A stretch of DNA of 64,000 nt from Thalassobaculaceae bacterium (GTDB lineage Bacteria; Pseudomonadota; Alphaproteobacteria; Thalassobaculales; Thalassobaculaceae), in assembly GCA_965228875.1 (NCBI GenBank), contig OZ245843.1, positions 3,950,616 to 4,014,615 on the forward strand, written 5' to 3'. Below are positions 9,651 through 22,304 of the stretch, in pieces. The position numbers and the translations under genes are program-made. Under the pieces are notes generated by a model. That model was not told where the DNA came from. It did no database searches and saw nothing but the letters and a program-made list of their open reading frames with translations. The first letter of the stretch is position 1. Each line of letters opens with the position of its first letter.

Positions 9651-10672
9651 CTCGGCCGCACCGGATAGGCGCTGGGCACGCCGTCGACCGCGTCGAGCAG
9701 ATCCGGGCGGACGCTCTCGACCCAATCCTGAATCAAGCGGCGGGCAATGGAATCGCGCCGCGGCAGGAACTTGCCCAGGGACTCGAAATCGGCGAGCTGG
9801 TCCAGGGAGAACCACTGGGCGTCGCCGAGCTCCTCGTCGTTGCGCACGATGTCGAACGACTTGGCCTCGGCGTGGAAGCCGAGCATCAGCGAGGACGGGA
9901 AGGGCCAGGGCTGCGAGGAGTGGTAGCGCACGTCGCGCACGCGGATGCCGCTCTCCTCCCAGACCTCGCGGGCGACCGCCTCCTCCAGGGTCTCGCCCGG
10001 CTCGACGAAGCCGGCGAGGGTCGAATACATGCCCTCCGGCCAGACCTTCTGACGGCCGAGCAGGCAGCGTTCGCCGTCGTGCACCAGCATGATGACGGCC
10101 GGATCGGTGCGCGGGAAATGCGGCGAGCGGCAGTCGGGATTGGTGCAGCTGCGCTGGTGGCCGCCCTTGACGCTCTCGGTCGGAGTGCCGCACACGCCGC
10201 AGAACCGGTGGCGCTGGTGCCACCACATCAGCCCGCGGGCATAGGCCAGCACCGAGCCCTCGAAGCGGTTCAGCAGCGGGCCGACCCGGCGCAGGTCCTG
10301 GAATAGGCCGTGGGCCGCCAGGATGTTGAGGATGTCGGTCTCCTCCAGCGGCGACAGGTCGATCGCCACATGGGCGATCCCGTCGCGCTCTCCGAGGAAG
10401 GCGACCATATCGGCGAACCGCATCAGGCCCCGGTGCTCGGCCACGGTCAGCAGACCGGCGCGCGGGCTGTCGCCGGGCGCGACCAGCGACTGGCTGCGCC
10501 AGACCGGAACCAGCACGGTATCCGGGCGCTCCAGCAACTCGTCGAGCCAGCCTTCGCGCTCGCGAATGTGGGCAGAACGATCCAGACCGCCGAATCCGTA
10601 GACATTCGGTCGCTTGGTGATCAGGTCGGTGACGGGGACAGACGGGTCCGTGCCGGGGGGGTCGAGACTCAT
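9647..10672 (-). CDS. nudC: NADH pyrophosphatase (Nudix)
   Basis: RFCGVCG zinc ribbon, FPRTDPAVIM, Nudix box GFVEPGETLEEAVAREVWEESG and SQPWPFPSS. Confidence 0.93.
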   Translation of the reverse strand: MSLDPPGTDPSVPVTDLITKRPNVYGFGGLDRSAHIREREGWLDELLERPDTVLVPVWRSQSLVAPGDSPRAGLLTVAEHRGLMRFADMVAFLGERDGIAHVAIDLSPLEETDILNILAAHGLFQDLRRVGPLLNRFEGSVLAYARGLMWWHQRHRFCGVCGTPTESVKGGHQRSCTNPDCRSPHFPRTDPAVIMLVHDGERCLLGRQKVWPEGMYSTLAGFVEPGETLEEAVAREVWEESGIRVRDVRYHSSQPWPFPSSLMLGFHAEAKSFDIVRNDEELGDAQWFSLDQLADFESLGKFLPRRDSIARRLIQDWVESVRPDLLDAVDGVPSAYPVRPS

Positions 10673-10709
10673 GGTCGCGCGAGTGTACACGCCTCGCCCC
10701 GGGTGGCAA

Positions 10710-10742
10710 CCGGTCACGGGCCGGTCACGGGCCGGTCACGGG
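10710..10742. repeat. 3 x 11-bp perfect tandem repeat CCGGTCACGGG
   Basis: Read directly, intergenic between the MCP gene and nudC. Confidence 0.9.
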
Positions 10743-10769
10743 GAGGTCTCCGGCGAAGGGGTCGGCCCC

Positions 10770-12227
10770 CTACCCCGCCCGCACGCGGGTGCAGAAGTCG
10801 GTGATCTCGCGCTGCAGGGTGTCGGCGTTGCCGGCCAGGTCCTTGCTGGCGTTGAGCACGTCGCCGGCGGCCTCGTTGCCGGCCCGGGCCTCGTCCGCCA
10901 CATGGGTGACGCCGCTGGCCGCCTGGCTGGCGCTCTGGGACATGGCGGCGACTTCCTCGCCAAGCTCGCGGGCGGAGGCCTCCTGTTCGGCGATGGCCTC
11001 GGAGATGGCGCGGGCAACCTCGTCGATCCGCCCGACCGCTTCGCCGATCCCGCGGATGGCATCCACCGCCCCCTGCGACTCCGCCTGGATCGAGGAGATC
11101 TCGTTGGCGATCGTCTCGGTCGCCTTCGCCGTCTGTCCGGCAAGGCTCTTCACTTCCGAGGCGACGACCGCGAACCCCTTGCCGGCATCGCCGGCGCGGG
11201 CCGCCTCGATGGTGGCGTTCAGCGCCAGCAGGTTGGTCTGCTCGGCGATGTCCTGGATCAGGGTCAGCACCTCGCCGATCCGATCGGTCGCCTTGGCCAG
11301 TCCGGCCACGGTCTGGTCGGTATCGGCGGCGCGCTGGACGGCCTCGCCGGTGATCCGGCTCGACTGGCCGACCTGGTCGCTGATGCGGGCGATCGACTGC
11401 GACACCCGGTCGAGCGCCTCGGCGGCGGACTCCGCCCGGACCTGGTTCTCGTTGGTGTCGCGCGCGACCATGGCGGCGCGCTCGCCGACCCGGCCCGTCG
11501 TCTCGGTCAGGGCGGTCGCCGTCCGGTTCAGTTCCTCCGATGCGGCGGCGACCGTGTCGGCGATGCCGCCGACGGTCTGCTGCAGGGAGTCGGAGAGGGC
11601 GATCAGCGCCTTGTTCTTTTCCTCGGCGGCGGCCCGCTCCTGGGCGCGCTGCTGCTCGGCGAGCCGGGCCTGCTCGGCCTGCGCGGTCTCGACCTCCTTC
11701 AGGGCCCGGGCGGAGGAACCGAACGCGTTCTGGATGTTCTGGGTGATCCAGACCAGGGCGCCGGCCTCGACCAGGACGATGACCGCGTGCAGAACGACCC
11801 GGCCGAGCGAGGCGTCGTCGGGGAAGACCGCGGCCGGCAGCAGGAAGCTCAGGGTGAGGTGATGCACGGCGACCACGACCGTGGCCACCGCAATCGACAC
11901 CATGCACACCATCGGCGCCAGGATCGCCAGCGCGGCGAAGTAGTACATGTGCATGTCGATCTGCCACGCGTTGCCCCAGAACAGGGACACCATGACCGAG
12001 ACGATTCCCATCATCACCGCCGCGATGAGGTAGCGGGTGGCGGGATCGTCGGGTCGGACCCGCGCCAGCGCCACCACGACGACCGCCGCGGCCGCCGTCG
12101 CCGCCGTCGGCCACACCACGTCCTGTCCCAGCAGGTAGGCGGTCACGCCGACCAGCGGAACGTGGCAGAGGATGAAGAGCGCGAGGGCTCGGGTGGCACG
12201 GCGACGGATCGAGAGGATATCGGACAT
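10770..12227 (-). CDS. methyl-accepting chemotaxis protein with polytopic membrane N-terminus
   Basis: [37 protein letters not shown] signalling hairpin; about 6 hydrophobic segments N-terminally. Confidence 0.92.
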   Translation of the reverse strand: MSDILSIRRRATRALALFILCHVPLVGVTAYLLGQDVVWPTAATAAAAVVVVALARVRPDDPATRYLIAAVMMGIVSVMVSLFWGNAWQIDMHMYYFAALAILAPMVCMVSIAVATVVVAVHHLTLSFLLPAAVFPDDASLGRVVLHAVIVLVEAGALVWITQNIQNAFGSSARALKEVETAQAEQARLAEQQRAQERAAAEEKNKALIALSDSLQQTVGGIADTVAAASEELNRTATALTETTGRVGERAAMVARDTNENQVRAESAAEALDRVSQSIARISDQVGQSSRITGEAVQRAADTDQTVAGLAKATDRIGEVLTLIQDIAEQTNLLALNATIEAARAGDAGKGFAVVASEVKSLAGQTAKATETIANEISSIQAESQGAVDAIRGIGEAVGRIDEVARAISEAIAEQEASARELGEEVAAMSQSASQAASGVTHVADEARAGNEAAGDVLNASKDLAGNADTLQREITDFCTRVRAG

Positions 12228-12255
12228 CGGTGAACCTTATTGTCGGGGCGTCGGA

Positions 12256-12612
12256 TCACCCGGTTGCGGGGAGGTCGTCGAGGCCGAGACAACCGGCCGC
12301 GGCTTTGGGATCGACGATCAGAAGCGCGCCGGCCTGCCGCAGACGCTGCGGAAGCCCGGGGCGGTCGCTGGAAAGCAGGACCACGGCGGGTATGGCTCCC
12401 TGCCGCAGGATCGATGCGTCCGCGTCCGTCAGGCCGGCCATGACGTCACGCGCGTCCCACCACGGCGGGAAGATCGCGGCGACCCGGCCGCCGGCGTCCG
12501 ATCTCGGCGCCAGCACGCCGAACAGCGCGGCGAGCAGCATCGCGAGTCCGGCCACGGCGGCCGGCACGAAACTCGTCGGCGAATGCGAAGATATGCCGCT
12601 GTTCAAGGCCAT
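12256..12612 (-). CDS. small hypothetical membrane/exported protein upstream of the MCP
   Basis: N-terminal hydrophobic helix, VAAIFPPWW segment, co-oriented 28 bp before the MCP. Confidence 0.6.
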   Translation of the reverse strand: MALNSGISSHSPTSFVPAAVAGLAMLLAALFGVLAPRSDAGGRVAAIFPPWWDARDVMAGLTDADASILRQGAIPAVVLLSSDRPGLPQRLRQAGALLIVDPKAAAGCLGLDDLPATG

Positions 12613-12662
12613 TGTCTCACGGTTCCCTTACGGTACCGGAGAACGTCTTATCACCAGCCGAT

Positions 12663-12677
12663 TTAAGAGGCAGTTAA
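12663..12677. promoter_or_regulatory. CtrA-type binding site TTAA-N7-TTAA
   Basis: TTAAGAGGCAGTTAA in an AT-rich promoter region about 50 bp upstream of the small gene/MCP pair. Confidence 0.65.
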
Positions 12678-12789
12678 TGCTGATTTTTACTTTAGTTGAT
12701 TCAAGGCCCGGGCTTAGCCATCACCGGTTGCCGGCGGAAATCGTCGCGGCATTCCGGGGGGGGCGTCCAGGTGGCGTCCGGGCGGTGCC

Positions 12790-14223
12790 TCATGCGGCGG
12801 TCCCGCCGACCGTGATGCCGGTCATCTTCAGGGTCGGCTGTCCGACGCCGACGGGAACGCCCTGGCCGTCCTTGCCACAGGTTCCGATGCCGTCGTCGAG
12901 CTGCATGTCATTGCCGATCATGGTGATCTTGCGCATGGCGTCGGGGCCGTTGCCGATCAGCGTGGCGCCCTTGACCGCCGGGCCGATCCTGCCGTTCTCC
13001 ACCAGATAGGCCTCGTTCATGGAGAACACGAACTTGCCGGACGTGATGTCGACGGATCCGCCGGCGAAGTTGACGGCGTAGAGCCCGCGCTTGACCGAGC
13101 TCAAAATCTCCGCCGGGTCGGCCTGACCCGACGCCATGTAGGTGTTGGTCATGCGCGGCATCGGGTGGTGGGCGTGGGACTGTCGCCGGCCGTTGCCGGT
13201 GGCGGGGACACCCATGAGCCGGGCGTTCTGGCGATCCTGCATGTAGCCGACCAGGATGCCGTCCTCGATCAGGACATTGTGGGCCGACGGCGTGCCCTCG
13301 TCGTCGACGGTGATCGAGCCGCGGCGGTCGGGCAGGGTGCCATCGTCGATCACGGTGACGCCCTTGGCGGCGACCTGCTCGCCGATCAGGCCGGAATAGG
13401 TCGAGGTGAGCTTGCGGTTGAAGTCCCCTTCCAGGCCGTGGCCGACCGCCTCGTGCAGCATGACCCCGGGCCAGCCGGGGCCGAGCACCACCTCCATCTC
13501 GCCGGCCGGCGCGTCGACGGCGCCGAGATTCACCAGGGCGATGCGCAGGGCCTCGTCGGTGGCGTGCCGCCAGGTCTCCGGGTCGACGTATCGCTCGAAC
13601 GTGACGCGCGCGCCGCAGCCGTAGTATCCGGCCTCCATCTTGTCGCCGTCGCCGACCACGACCTGGACGTTCAGCCGGACCAGCGGACGCACGTCCGCGA
13701 CACGCTGGCCGCCGGCGCGCAGGATCTGCACCGCCTGCCAGGAACCGACCAGGGTGGCCGAGACCTGACGCACCCGCGGATCCTTGGCCCGGGCATAGGC
13801 GTCGATCTCCTTGAGCACGTCGATCTTGGCCTCGGTGGTGAAGCCCTGAAGCGGGTTCTCGGCGGTGTAGAGCGCGGCATTGGTGCCCTTCGGGCCGAGC
13901 GCCATGTTGCCGCCATGACCGGCGTGAACGGCGCGGACCGTGTCCGCCGCCCGGCGGATCGCGTCCTCCGACAGGTCGGCGGCGTGGGCGAACCCGCGGG
14001 CCTCGCCGGCGATCGCGCGCAGGCCGAAGCCCTGGGTCGTGTCGAAACTGGCGGTCTTCAGACGGCCGTCGTCGAAGGCGAGGCTCTCGCTCTGGCCGTA
14101 TTCAAGGAACAGTTCGCCATCGTCGGCGCCGTTCAGCGCCTCGTCGACGATCGCCTGGGTGCGTCCGGCATCAAGGCCGGCGCGAACGAAGAACAGGTCG
14201 TCGGTCAGGGCGAGATTGGACAC
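12790..14223 (-). CDS. tldD: metalloprotease TldD
   Basis: GPGWPGVMLHEAVGHGLEGDFNRK and GTCGKDGQGVPVGVGQPT motifs. Confidence 0.95.
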   Translation of the reverse strand: MSNLALTDDLFFVRAGLDAGRTQAIVDEALNGADDGELFLEYGQSESLAFDDGRLKTASFDTTQGFGLRAIAGEARGFAHAADLSEDAIRRAADTVRAVHAGHGGNMALGPKGTNAALYTAENPLQGFTTEAKIDVLKEIDAYARAKDPRVRQVSATLVGSWQAVQILRAGGQRVADVRPLVRLNVQVVVGDGDKMEAGYYGCGARVTFERYVDPETWRHATDEALRIALVNLGAVDAPAGEMEVVLGPGWPGVMLHEAVGHGLEGDFNRKLTSTYSGLIGEQVAAKGVTVIDDGTLPDRRGSITVDDEGTPSAHNVLIEDGILVGYMQDRQNARLMGVPATGNGRRQSHAHHPMPRMTNTYMASGQADPAEILSSVKRGLYAVNFAGGSVDITSGKFVFSMNEAYLVENGRIGPAVKGATLIGNGPDAMRKITMIGNDMQLDDGIGTCGKDGQGVPVGVGQPTLKMTGITVGGTAA

Positions 14224-14498
14224 GGGCCGGCTCCATCGGGGTAGAACGAGTCTGGTGTAACGCAGAGCTTCACATAGGCGCGCGCCGCGTGGAAGTCGAG
14301 CACGGCCTGACCGTTCCGACGCGAGTTACGCGACCGAATGCCGCGTCGGCCGCGCTTGTGGCCCGGGTGGCCGGGATCTAGCCTTGGTGTATGTAAAGAC
14401 CGGTCGCGTTGCGCGGGTGCGCGGATGGTGCCATAAGGGCGTCGCCGCAATCCGGGGGAATGCGGTCAAGGACCAACGACGACGGGAATGACCGAGTG

Positions 14499-15353
14499 AT
14501 GGAGCGGATCCTCAAGCGGGTTGTCGATGCCACGTTGCGCGGCGGGGCCGCACTTCTGGCGGCGGTGGCGATCCTCGCGGTGGCGGCGTTCGACGCGTCC
14601 GCCGCCGAGCCTCAGCCCTGGCAATTGGGCATGCAGGAATACGTGACGCCGTTCGGCCACAAGCTCGACCAGCTGCACGACATCCTTCTGGTGATCATCA
14701 CGCTGATCAGCATCTTCGTGCTGGCGCTGCTGGTCTATGTCTGCATCCGCTTCAAGCGGAGCAACAATCCGAATCCGTCGAGGACGACGCACCATACCTG
14801 GCTGGAAGTGGCGTGGACCGGCATTCCGGCGCTCATCCTGGTGTTCATCGGCCTCTACTCCTTCCCGCTGCTGTACTACGGCGACAAGGCGGTCGACCCG
14901 GACATGACGGTGAAGGTCGAGGCGCACCAGTGGTACTGGAACTACACCTATCCGGACGAAGAGATCGTCTTCGACAGCTACCTGATCCCCGACGAGGACC
15001 TCAAGGAAGGCCAGAAACGTCTGCTCGACGTGGATAACAGGCTCGTGGTGCCGGTCGGCGCGAAGGTGCAGGTGCTGGTGACGACGTATGACGTGATGCA
15101 CTCCTTCTTCATTCCGGCGCTGGCGGTCCAGGTCTACGGCACTCCCGGCCGGATCAACGAGACCTGGTTCCAGGTCGAGAAGGCGGGCGTCTTCTACGGC
15201 CAGTGCAACCAGATCTGCGGCATCGACCATTCGCGCATGCCGATCGTGGTCGAGGCGATGGAACAGGCCGACTACGACGCCTGGCTCGCCAAGGCCAAGG
15301 AAGAGTTTGCGATGAACCCGACGGCGACCAAGGTCGCATCGATCACCGACTAA
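14499..15353 (+). CDS. coxB: cytochrome c oxidase subunit II
   Basis: HQWYWNYTY, DVMHSF and GQCNQICGIDHSRM CuA ligands. Confidence 0.95.
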   Translation: MERILKRVVDATLRGGAALLAAVAILAVAAFDASAAEPQPWQLGMQEYVTPFGHKLDQLHDILLVIITLISIFVLALLVYVCIRFKRSNNPNPSRTTHHTWLEVAWTGIPALILVFIGLYSFPLLYYGDKAVDPDMTVKVEAHQWYWNYTYPDEEIVFDSYLIPDEDLKEGQKRLLDVDNRLVVPVGAKVQVLVTTYDVMHSFFIPALAVQVYGTPGRINETWFQVEKAGVFYGQCNQICGIDHSRMPIVVEAMEQADYDAWLAKAKEEFAMNPTATKVASITD

Positions 15354-17003
<1,650 letters not shown>

Positions 17004-17019
17004 GCGGGAGTTCCTCCAG

Positions 17020-17955
17020 GTGGCTGATGTGACGGCCCAGACACTGACGGCCCAGACATTGGCGACCGAGGCCGTTCCCGACAGGGGAACGGCCTCGGTC
17101 CGCGACTACATCGCCCTGCTCAAGCCGCGGGTGATGTCGCTCGTCGTCTTCACGGGGTTCGTCGGCCTGGCGATCGCACCCGGCGATCTCCATCCGGTGC
17201 TGGCGGCCATCGCGGTCCTGTGCATCGCCGTCGGGGCCGGCGCCTCGGGCGCGATCAACATGTGGTACGACCGCGACATCGACGCCGTGATGGGGCGGAC
17301 CGACAACCGGCCGATCCCCTCGGGTCGGGTCGACGCCGACGAGGCGCTGGCCTTCGGCGTCGTCCTGGCCGGATTCTCCGTTCTGGTCATGGCGCTGGCG
17401 GTGAACTGGCTGGCGGCGGTGTTGCTTGCGGCAACCATCGGGTTCTATGTCTTCGTCTACACCATGTGGCTGAAGCGCCGCACGCCGCAGAACATCGTGA
17501 TCGGCGGCGCCGCCGGCGCGGTTCCGCCGATGATCGGCTGGGCGGCGGCGACCGGAGAGATCTCCTGGCTTTCGGTGGTGCTGTTCGCGCTCATCTTCGT
17601 GTGGACGCCGCCGCATTTCTGGGCGCTGGCTCTGTGGAAGCGGGGCGAGTACGCCCGAGCCGGCGTTCCCATGCTGCCCGTCGTGTCGGGGGAGACCGCG
17701 ACCAAGCGGCAGATCCTGGCCTACTCCGCCCTGCTCGCCGTGCTCGGCCTCGTTCCCTGGGCCATGGCGGCGACGACCGCCGTCTACGGGGTGGCCGCCA
17801 CGGTGCTGGGCGCGCTGTTCTTTGTCGGCGCGGTCCAGGTCTGGCGCGCGCCGGCCGACGACATGAAGCCGGCCAAGCTGCTGTTCGGCTACTCCATTCT
17901 GTATCTGTTCGCCCTGTTCGGCGCCCTGCTGGCCGACCACTGGATCGCCGGGTGA
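17020..17955 (+). CDS. ctaB: protoheme IX farnesyltransferase (heme o synthase)
   Basis: [18 protein letters not shown] and [13 protein letters not shown] start after a GGGAG RBS. Confidence 0.93.
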   Translation: MADVTAQTLTAQTLATEAVPDRGTASVRDYIALLKPRVMSLVVFTGFVGLAIAPGDLHPVLAAIAVLCIAVGAGASGAINMWYDRDIDAVMGRTDNRPIPSGRVDADEALAFGVVLAGFSVLVMALAVNWLAAVLLAATIGFYVFVYTMWLKRRTPQNIVIGGAAGAVPPMIGWAAATGEISWLSVVLFALIFVWTPPHFWALALWKRGEYARAGVPMLPVVSGETATKRQILAYSALLAVLGLVPWAMAATTAVYGVAATVLGALFFVGAVQVWRAPADDMKPAKLLFGYSILYLFALFGALLADHWIAG

Positions 17956-17959
17956 AGCC

Positions 17960-18112
17960 ATGAGCGAGCCGCGTGAAGACCGTCAGGCCCCGTCGCCCCA
18001 GACCTCCGAGGATCTGTGGGCTCAGCGTCGGGGCAAGAACATCGCGATCTTCGCCGCGATCATGGCGCTGGCCGTGCTGTTTTTCGTCATCACCATCCTG
18101 CGGATGAGCTGA
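17960..18112 (+). CDS. 50-aa single-TM protein (CoxF-like), absent from the ORF track
   Basis: Manual translation MSEPREDRQAPSPQTSEDLWAQRRGKNIAIFAAIMALAVLFFVITILRMS*; fills the ctaB-ctaG gap almost exactly. Confidence 0.75.
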   Translation: MSEPREDRQAPSPQTSEDLWAQRRGKNIAIFAAIMALAVLFFVITILRMS

Positions 18113-18115
18113 GCG

Positions 18116-18751
18116 ATGACCGGAACGAACGACGACAAGACAGGTTCCTCGACGGACGCGCGGACGCAGCGCACACGCCGGTCCAACCGCCGGGTCGGGA
18201 TCGCGCTGGCGGGCCTGGTCGCCGGCATGGTCGGCGTATCCTACGCCGCCGTTCCGCTCTACGAGCTGTTCTGCGCGGTGACCGGCTTTGGCGGCACCAC
18301 CCGGCAGGCCAAGGCGGCGCCGGGCGCGGACCCGGGATCGGATGTGACCCGGACCTTCACCGTGCGCTTCGACTCCAACGTGAACGGGGCGCTCGACTGG
18401 GAGTTCGAGCCGGCGGTGCGCACGACAGAGGTGGAGATGGGGGTCGAGGCGCTTGCCTTCTACCGCGCCACCAACACCAGCGACAAACCGGTGGTCGGGA
18501 CCGCGACGTTCAATGTGACGCCGCACAAGGCCGGCCCGTATTTCATGAAGATCGACTGCTTCTGCTTCACCGAGCAGGTGCTCGCTCCGGGACAGAGCAT
18601 GGACATGCCGGTGCAATTCTTTCTCGATCCCGAACTGATGGAAGACCGCAAGATGGACGGCGTGACCACGGTCACCCTGTCCTACACCTTCTATCCGGCC
18701 GAGGATCAGTCGAAGGCCCAGCAACTCGCGCTGGCGCCGTCCGTACGCTAA
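18116..18751 (+). CDS. ctaG: cytochrome c oxidase assembly protein CtaG/Cox11
   Basis: [22 protein letters not shown] copper motif and TLSYTF. Confidence 0.95.
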   Translation: MTGTNDDKTGSSTDARTQRTRRSNRRVGIALAGLVAGMVGVSYAAVPLYELFCAVTGFGGTTRQAKAAPGADPGSDVTRTFTVRFDSNVNGALDWEFEPAVRTTEVEMGVEALAFYRATNTSDKPVVGTATFNVTPHKAGPYFMKIDCFCFTEQVLAPGQSMDMPVQFFLDPELMEDRKMDGVTTVTLSYTFYPAEDQSKAQQLALAPSVR

Positions 18752-18794
18752 CATACCGCCAGCTCCGGCGGAGGGTCTGAAGACGAGGGGACCG

Positions 18795-19580
18795 ATGGCA
18801 CACGAACAGAATCATCCCTACCACCTGGTGGAACCGAGCCCGTGGCCGCTGATGGGCGCCGGCTCCGGCTTCGTGCTCGCGGTCGGCGGCATCATGGTCA
18901 TGCACGGCTTGCCGTTCGGGGTGCTCACCACGATCGCCGGGCTCGCGCTGATCCTGCTGACCATGTTCTTCTGGTGGCGCGACGTGGTGCGCGAGGCCCA
19001 GTGGCAGGGGCACCACTCTCCGGTCGTGCAGATCGGCATGCGCTACGGCATGGCGCTGTTCATCACCTCGGAGGTGTTCTTCTTCCTCGCCTTCTTCTGG
19101 GCGTTCTTCGACATGGCGCTGTATCCGCGCCTGGGCGAGTGGCCGCCCGAGGGGATCGTGACCTTCGATCCGTTCGACCTGCCGTTGATGAACACGCTGA
19201 TCCTGCTGCTGTCGGGCACCACGGTGACCTGGGCGCACGCGGCCCTGCTGCAGAACAATCGCCGGGAACTGCTCTGGGGCCTCGGTTTCACCGTCGCGCT
19301 GGGGTTCATTTTCTCCTGCCTGCAGGCGTATGAGTACAGCCACGCCGCGTTCGGCTTCACCGACACGGTCTACGCGTCGACCTTCTACATGGCGACGGGC
19401 TTCCACGGCTTCCACGTGATCGTCGGCACCCTGTTCCTGGCGGTGTGCTGGTACCGCGCCTATATCGGCCATTTCACCCCGGAGCAGCATTTCGGCTTCG
19501 AGGCGGCGGCCTGGTACTGGCACTTCGTCGATGTGGTCTGGCTCTTCCTGTTCATCTGCATCTACTGGTGGGGCGCCTGA
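18795..19580 (+). CDS. coxC: cytochrome c oxidase subunit III
   Basis: [20 protein letters not shown] and [16 protein letters not shown] motifs. Confidence 0.96.
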   Translation: MAHEQNHPYHLVEPSPWPLMGAGSGFVLAVGGIMVMHGLPFGVLTTIAGLALILLTMFFWWRDVVREAQWQGHHSPVVQIGMRYGMALFITSEVFFFLAFFWAFFDMALYPRLGEWPPEGIVTFDPFDLPLMNTLILLLSGTTVTWAHAALLQNNRRELLWGLGFTVALGFIFSCLQAYEYSHAAFGFTDTVYASTFYMATGFHGFHVIVGTLFLAVCWYRAYIGHFTPEQHFGFEAAAWYWHFVDVVWLFLFICIYWWGA

Positions 19581-19607
19581 CCCCAGCCGGGGCGCGAGGA
19601 CCGGCCA

Positions 19608-19958
19608 ATGGCGTACGGCCCGTCGCCGATCGTGACCGGTCTCGCCTGCAAGTGTCCGGCCTGCGGTAAGGGCCGGCTGTTCGACGGCTACCTGACGGTC
19701 GTCGAACGCTGCGAGGTCTGCGGGGCCGAACTTCGGAGCCGCAGCTCCGGCGACGGACCGGCGGTGTTCGTCATCTTCGCGCTCGGCGTCGTCCTGTCGG
19801 TGCTCGCCTGGATCGTCGAGGCGACCTTCTCGCCGCCGGCCTGGGTGCATGCCGTCGTCTGGTCCGTCGCGGTCGTCGCCGGCACGCTCGCTCTGCTGCG
19901 ACCGTTCAAGGGTGTGGTCGTGGCGCTTGAGTATCGCCACGGCACGCCCGATCAATAG
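19608..19958 (+). CDS. DUF983-like membrane protein
   Basis: CPACGKG...CEVCG, DGPA motif, two TM segments, typical position after coxC. Confidence 0.8.
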   Translation: MAYGPSPIVTGLACKCPACGKGRLFDGYLTVVERCEVCGAELRSRSSGDGPAVFVIFALGVVLSVLAWIVEATFSPPAWVHAVVWSVAVVAGTLALLRPFKGVVVALEYRHGTPDQ

Positions 19959-19992
19959 CGCCCGCGGCCGCGCGCCGTGGCTTGAGGAGATC

Positions 19993-20751
19993 ATGGCCTT
20001 TCGCCCGCGACTCTGGCCGACCCTGTTCACCGTTCCCGCCGTCGTCCTGATGCTGGCCCTCGCGGTCTGGCAGATGCAGCGCCTGGCCTGGAAGACCGAC
20101 CTGATCGACGCGTTCGAGGCCCGGGTCACCGCCGAACCGGCCGCGCCGCCGGCGGCCCTGACGTCCGACGACATGGCGGAGTGGCGCTATCGCCGGGTCG
20201 CGGCCAAGGGACGGTTCCTGCACGACCGGGAGCTGCAGATCACCGGCAAGCCCTACAAGGGCACCGCCGGCTTTCACGTCATCACCCCGTTCGTCACCGA
20301 CGGCGGACTGACGGTCTTCGTCAACCGGGGCTGGGTCCCGGAGGATCGCCGTCGGCCGGCCGACCGGCCGGAAACGCTGATCCCGCCGCCCGCCACCTTC
20401 GACGGCGTCGTCCGCCAGTCGGGCCTGAAGGGCCAGTTCGTCCCGGAGAACGAACCGGAGAACGACGTCTGGTTCACCGTCCGCCCCCAGGCCATGGCCG
20501 ACCATCTCGGCCTGGAGGAGCCGGTCGCGACCGGGTATTTCGTCGATCAGCTCGCCGAGACGCCGCGGCCCGACGCGCTGCCCTTCGGCGCCGCCCGGAC
20601 GATCTCGGTACGCAACGAGCACCTGCAGTATGCGATCACCTGGCTGCTCCTGGCGGTCACGCTGCTCGCGGTCTACGTGCTCTGGCACCGCCAGGCCGAC
20701 CGCGACGAGCGCAGGCGGGGATCCCAACAGGGACCGGGAGACGCGCCATGA
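19993..20751 (+). CDS. surf1: SURF1 family cytochrome oxidase assembly protein
   Basis: WQMQRLAWK, VNRGWVP and NEHLQYAITW motifs. Confidence 0.92.
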   Translation: MAFRPRLWPTLFTVPAVVLMLALAVWQMQRLAWKTDLIDAFEARVTAEPAAPPAALTSDDMAEWRYRRVAAKGRFLHDRELQITGKPYKGTAGFHVITPFVTDGGLTVFVNRGWVPEDRRRPADRPETLIPPPATFDGVVRQSGLKGQFVPENEPENDVWFTVRPQAMADHLGLEEPVATGYFVDQLAETPRPDALPFGAARTISVRNEHLQYAITWLLLAVTLLAVYVLWHRQADRDERRRGSQQGPGDAP

Positions 20752-22244
20752 CCGCGACACCGGCGATGGATGCGCTGGAGACCCGGTTCCGCCGGCTTTC
20801 CGCCCTGTCCGATGCCGCGGGCGTGCTCGGCTGGGACCAGCGGGTGACGATGCCCCCCGGCGGCGCCGAGGCTCGGGCGGAACAGCTCGCCACCCTCTCG
20901 GTCCTGCGTCACGACCTGCTGACCGATCCCGAGGTGGCGGACCAGCTTGCCGCCGCCGCCGCCGAGCCCGTCAGCGACTGGCGCGCCGCCAACCGGGACG
21001 AGATGCGTCGACAGCACGCCCACGCGACGGCCCTGTCGGCGGACCTGGTGGAAGCGCTGTCGCGGGCCGGTTCGCGTTGCGAGGCTCTGTGGCGCGACGC
21101 CCGGGCAAAGGGCGATTTCCCGATGGTCAGCGGCGCGCTGACGGATCTGGTCGCCCTTGTCCGCGAGGAGGCCGAGGCCAAGGCCGCAGCACTCGGCACG
21201 ACGCCCTACGAAGCCCTGCTCGACGGCTACGAGCCCGACGGGTCTGTGGCGCGGATCGAGACACTGTTCGCCGAACTCGAGACCGCCCTGCCGCCGATCC
21301 TGGAAGCGGTGCTCGAACGTCAGGCCCGGCACGACCCACCGCTCGCGCCGCCGGGCCCGTTCCCCGTGGAGGCGCAGCGCAGCCTGTCGCGCCGGGTGAT
21401 GGAGACGCTCGGCTTCGATTTCCGGCATGGCCGGCTCGACGAGACCCTCCACCCGTTCTGCGGCGGCGTGCCCGACGATGTCCGGGTCACCACCCGCTAC
21501 GACGCCGACGGCTTCGTCTCCGGCATCATGGGCGTGATTCACGAGACCGGCCATGCACTGTACGAGCGCGGCCTCCCCGCGGACTGGCGCAATCAACCCG
21601 TCGGCGCGTCGCGCGGGATGGTGATGCACGAGAGCCAGTCGCTGCTGATGGAGATGCAGGCCTGCCGGTCGCCGGCATTCCTCGCCCTGCTGTCCGGCTG
21701 GGCCCGCGAGGCCTTCGCCGCCGACGGCGCCGCCTGGACGCCGGAGAACCTCTACCGTCTCTACACCCGGGTCGACCGCAGCCTGATCCGGGTCGAGGCC
21801 GACGAGGTCACCTATCCGTTGCACGTGATCCTGCGCACCCGGTTGGAGCGCGCACTGTTGTCGGGAGACCTGCCGGTGAGCGATCTGCCGGGCGCGTGGA
21901 ACGACGGCATGCGCTCGCTGCTCGGCGTGACGCCCCCGGACGACGGGGTCGGCTGCCTGCAGGATATCCACTGGTACGACGGGGCGATCGGTTATTTCCC
22001 GACCTACACCCTCGGTGCCCTGGCGGCGGCGCAGCTGTTCCGCGCGGCGGTGGCGGCGGAGCCCGCGATCCCCGAGGCCATCGGACGCGGCGACTTCAGT
22101 CCCCTGGTCGCCTGGCTCGGCGCGGCCGTGCATGCCCGTGCCAGTTCCGCCGGAACGGAGGACCTGATCGCCGAGGCGACCGGCGCGCCGCTCGGCACGG
22201 AGGCCTTCCTGTCGCACCTGCGCACCCGGTATCTGGAAAACTGA
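20748..22244 (+). CDS. carboxypeptidase, M32 family
   Basis: HPFC, HETGH, HESQS, IRVEADE and GYFPTYTLG motifs; ATG overlaps the surf1 stop. Confidence 0.93.
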   Translation: MTATPAMDALETRFRRLSALSDAAGVLGWDQRVTMPPGGAEARAEQLATLSVLRHDLLTDPEVADQLAAAAAEPVSDWRAANRDEMRRQHAHATALSADLVEALSRAGSRCEALWRDARAKGDFPMVSGALTDLVALVREEAEAKAAALGTTPYEALLDGYEPDGSVARIETLFAELETALPPILEAVLERQARHDPPLAPPGPFPVEAQRSLSRRVMETLGFDFRHGRLDETLHPFCGGVPDDVRVTTRYDADGFVSGIMGVIHETGHALYERGLPADWRNQPVGASRGMVMHESQSLLMEMQACRSPAFLALLSGWAREAFAADGAAWTPENLYRLYTRVDRSLIRVEADEVTYPLHVILRTRLERALLSGDLPVSDLPGAWNDGMRSLLGVTPPDDGVGCLQDIHWYDGAIGYFPTYTLGALAAAQLFRAAVAAEPAIPEAIGRGDFSPLVAWLGAAVHARASSAGTEDLIAEATGAPLGTEAFLSHLRTRYLEN

Positions 22245-22304
22245 CCCTCGACGCCCGGCCCTTGAGGACCGAGCCCGGCGCGGCGGCCCGGCCCGACACC
22301 GGGC

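Noticed and set aside
14224..14498. FNR or RegA/RegR box in the tldD-coxB intergenic region
   Set aside because: No convincing match by eye; GC-rich partial matches are expected by chance.
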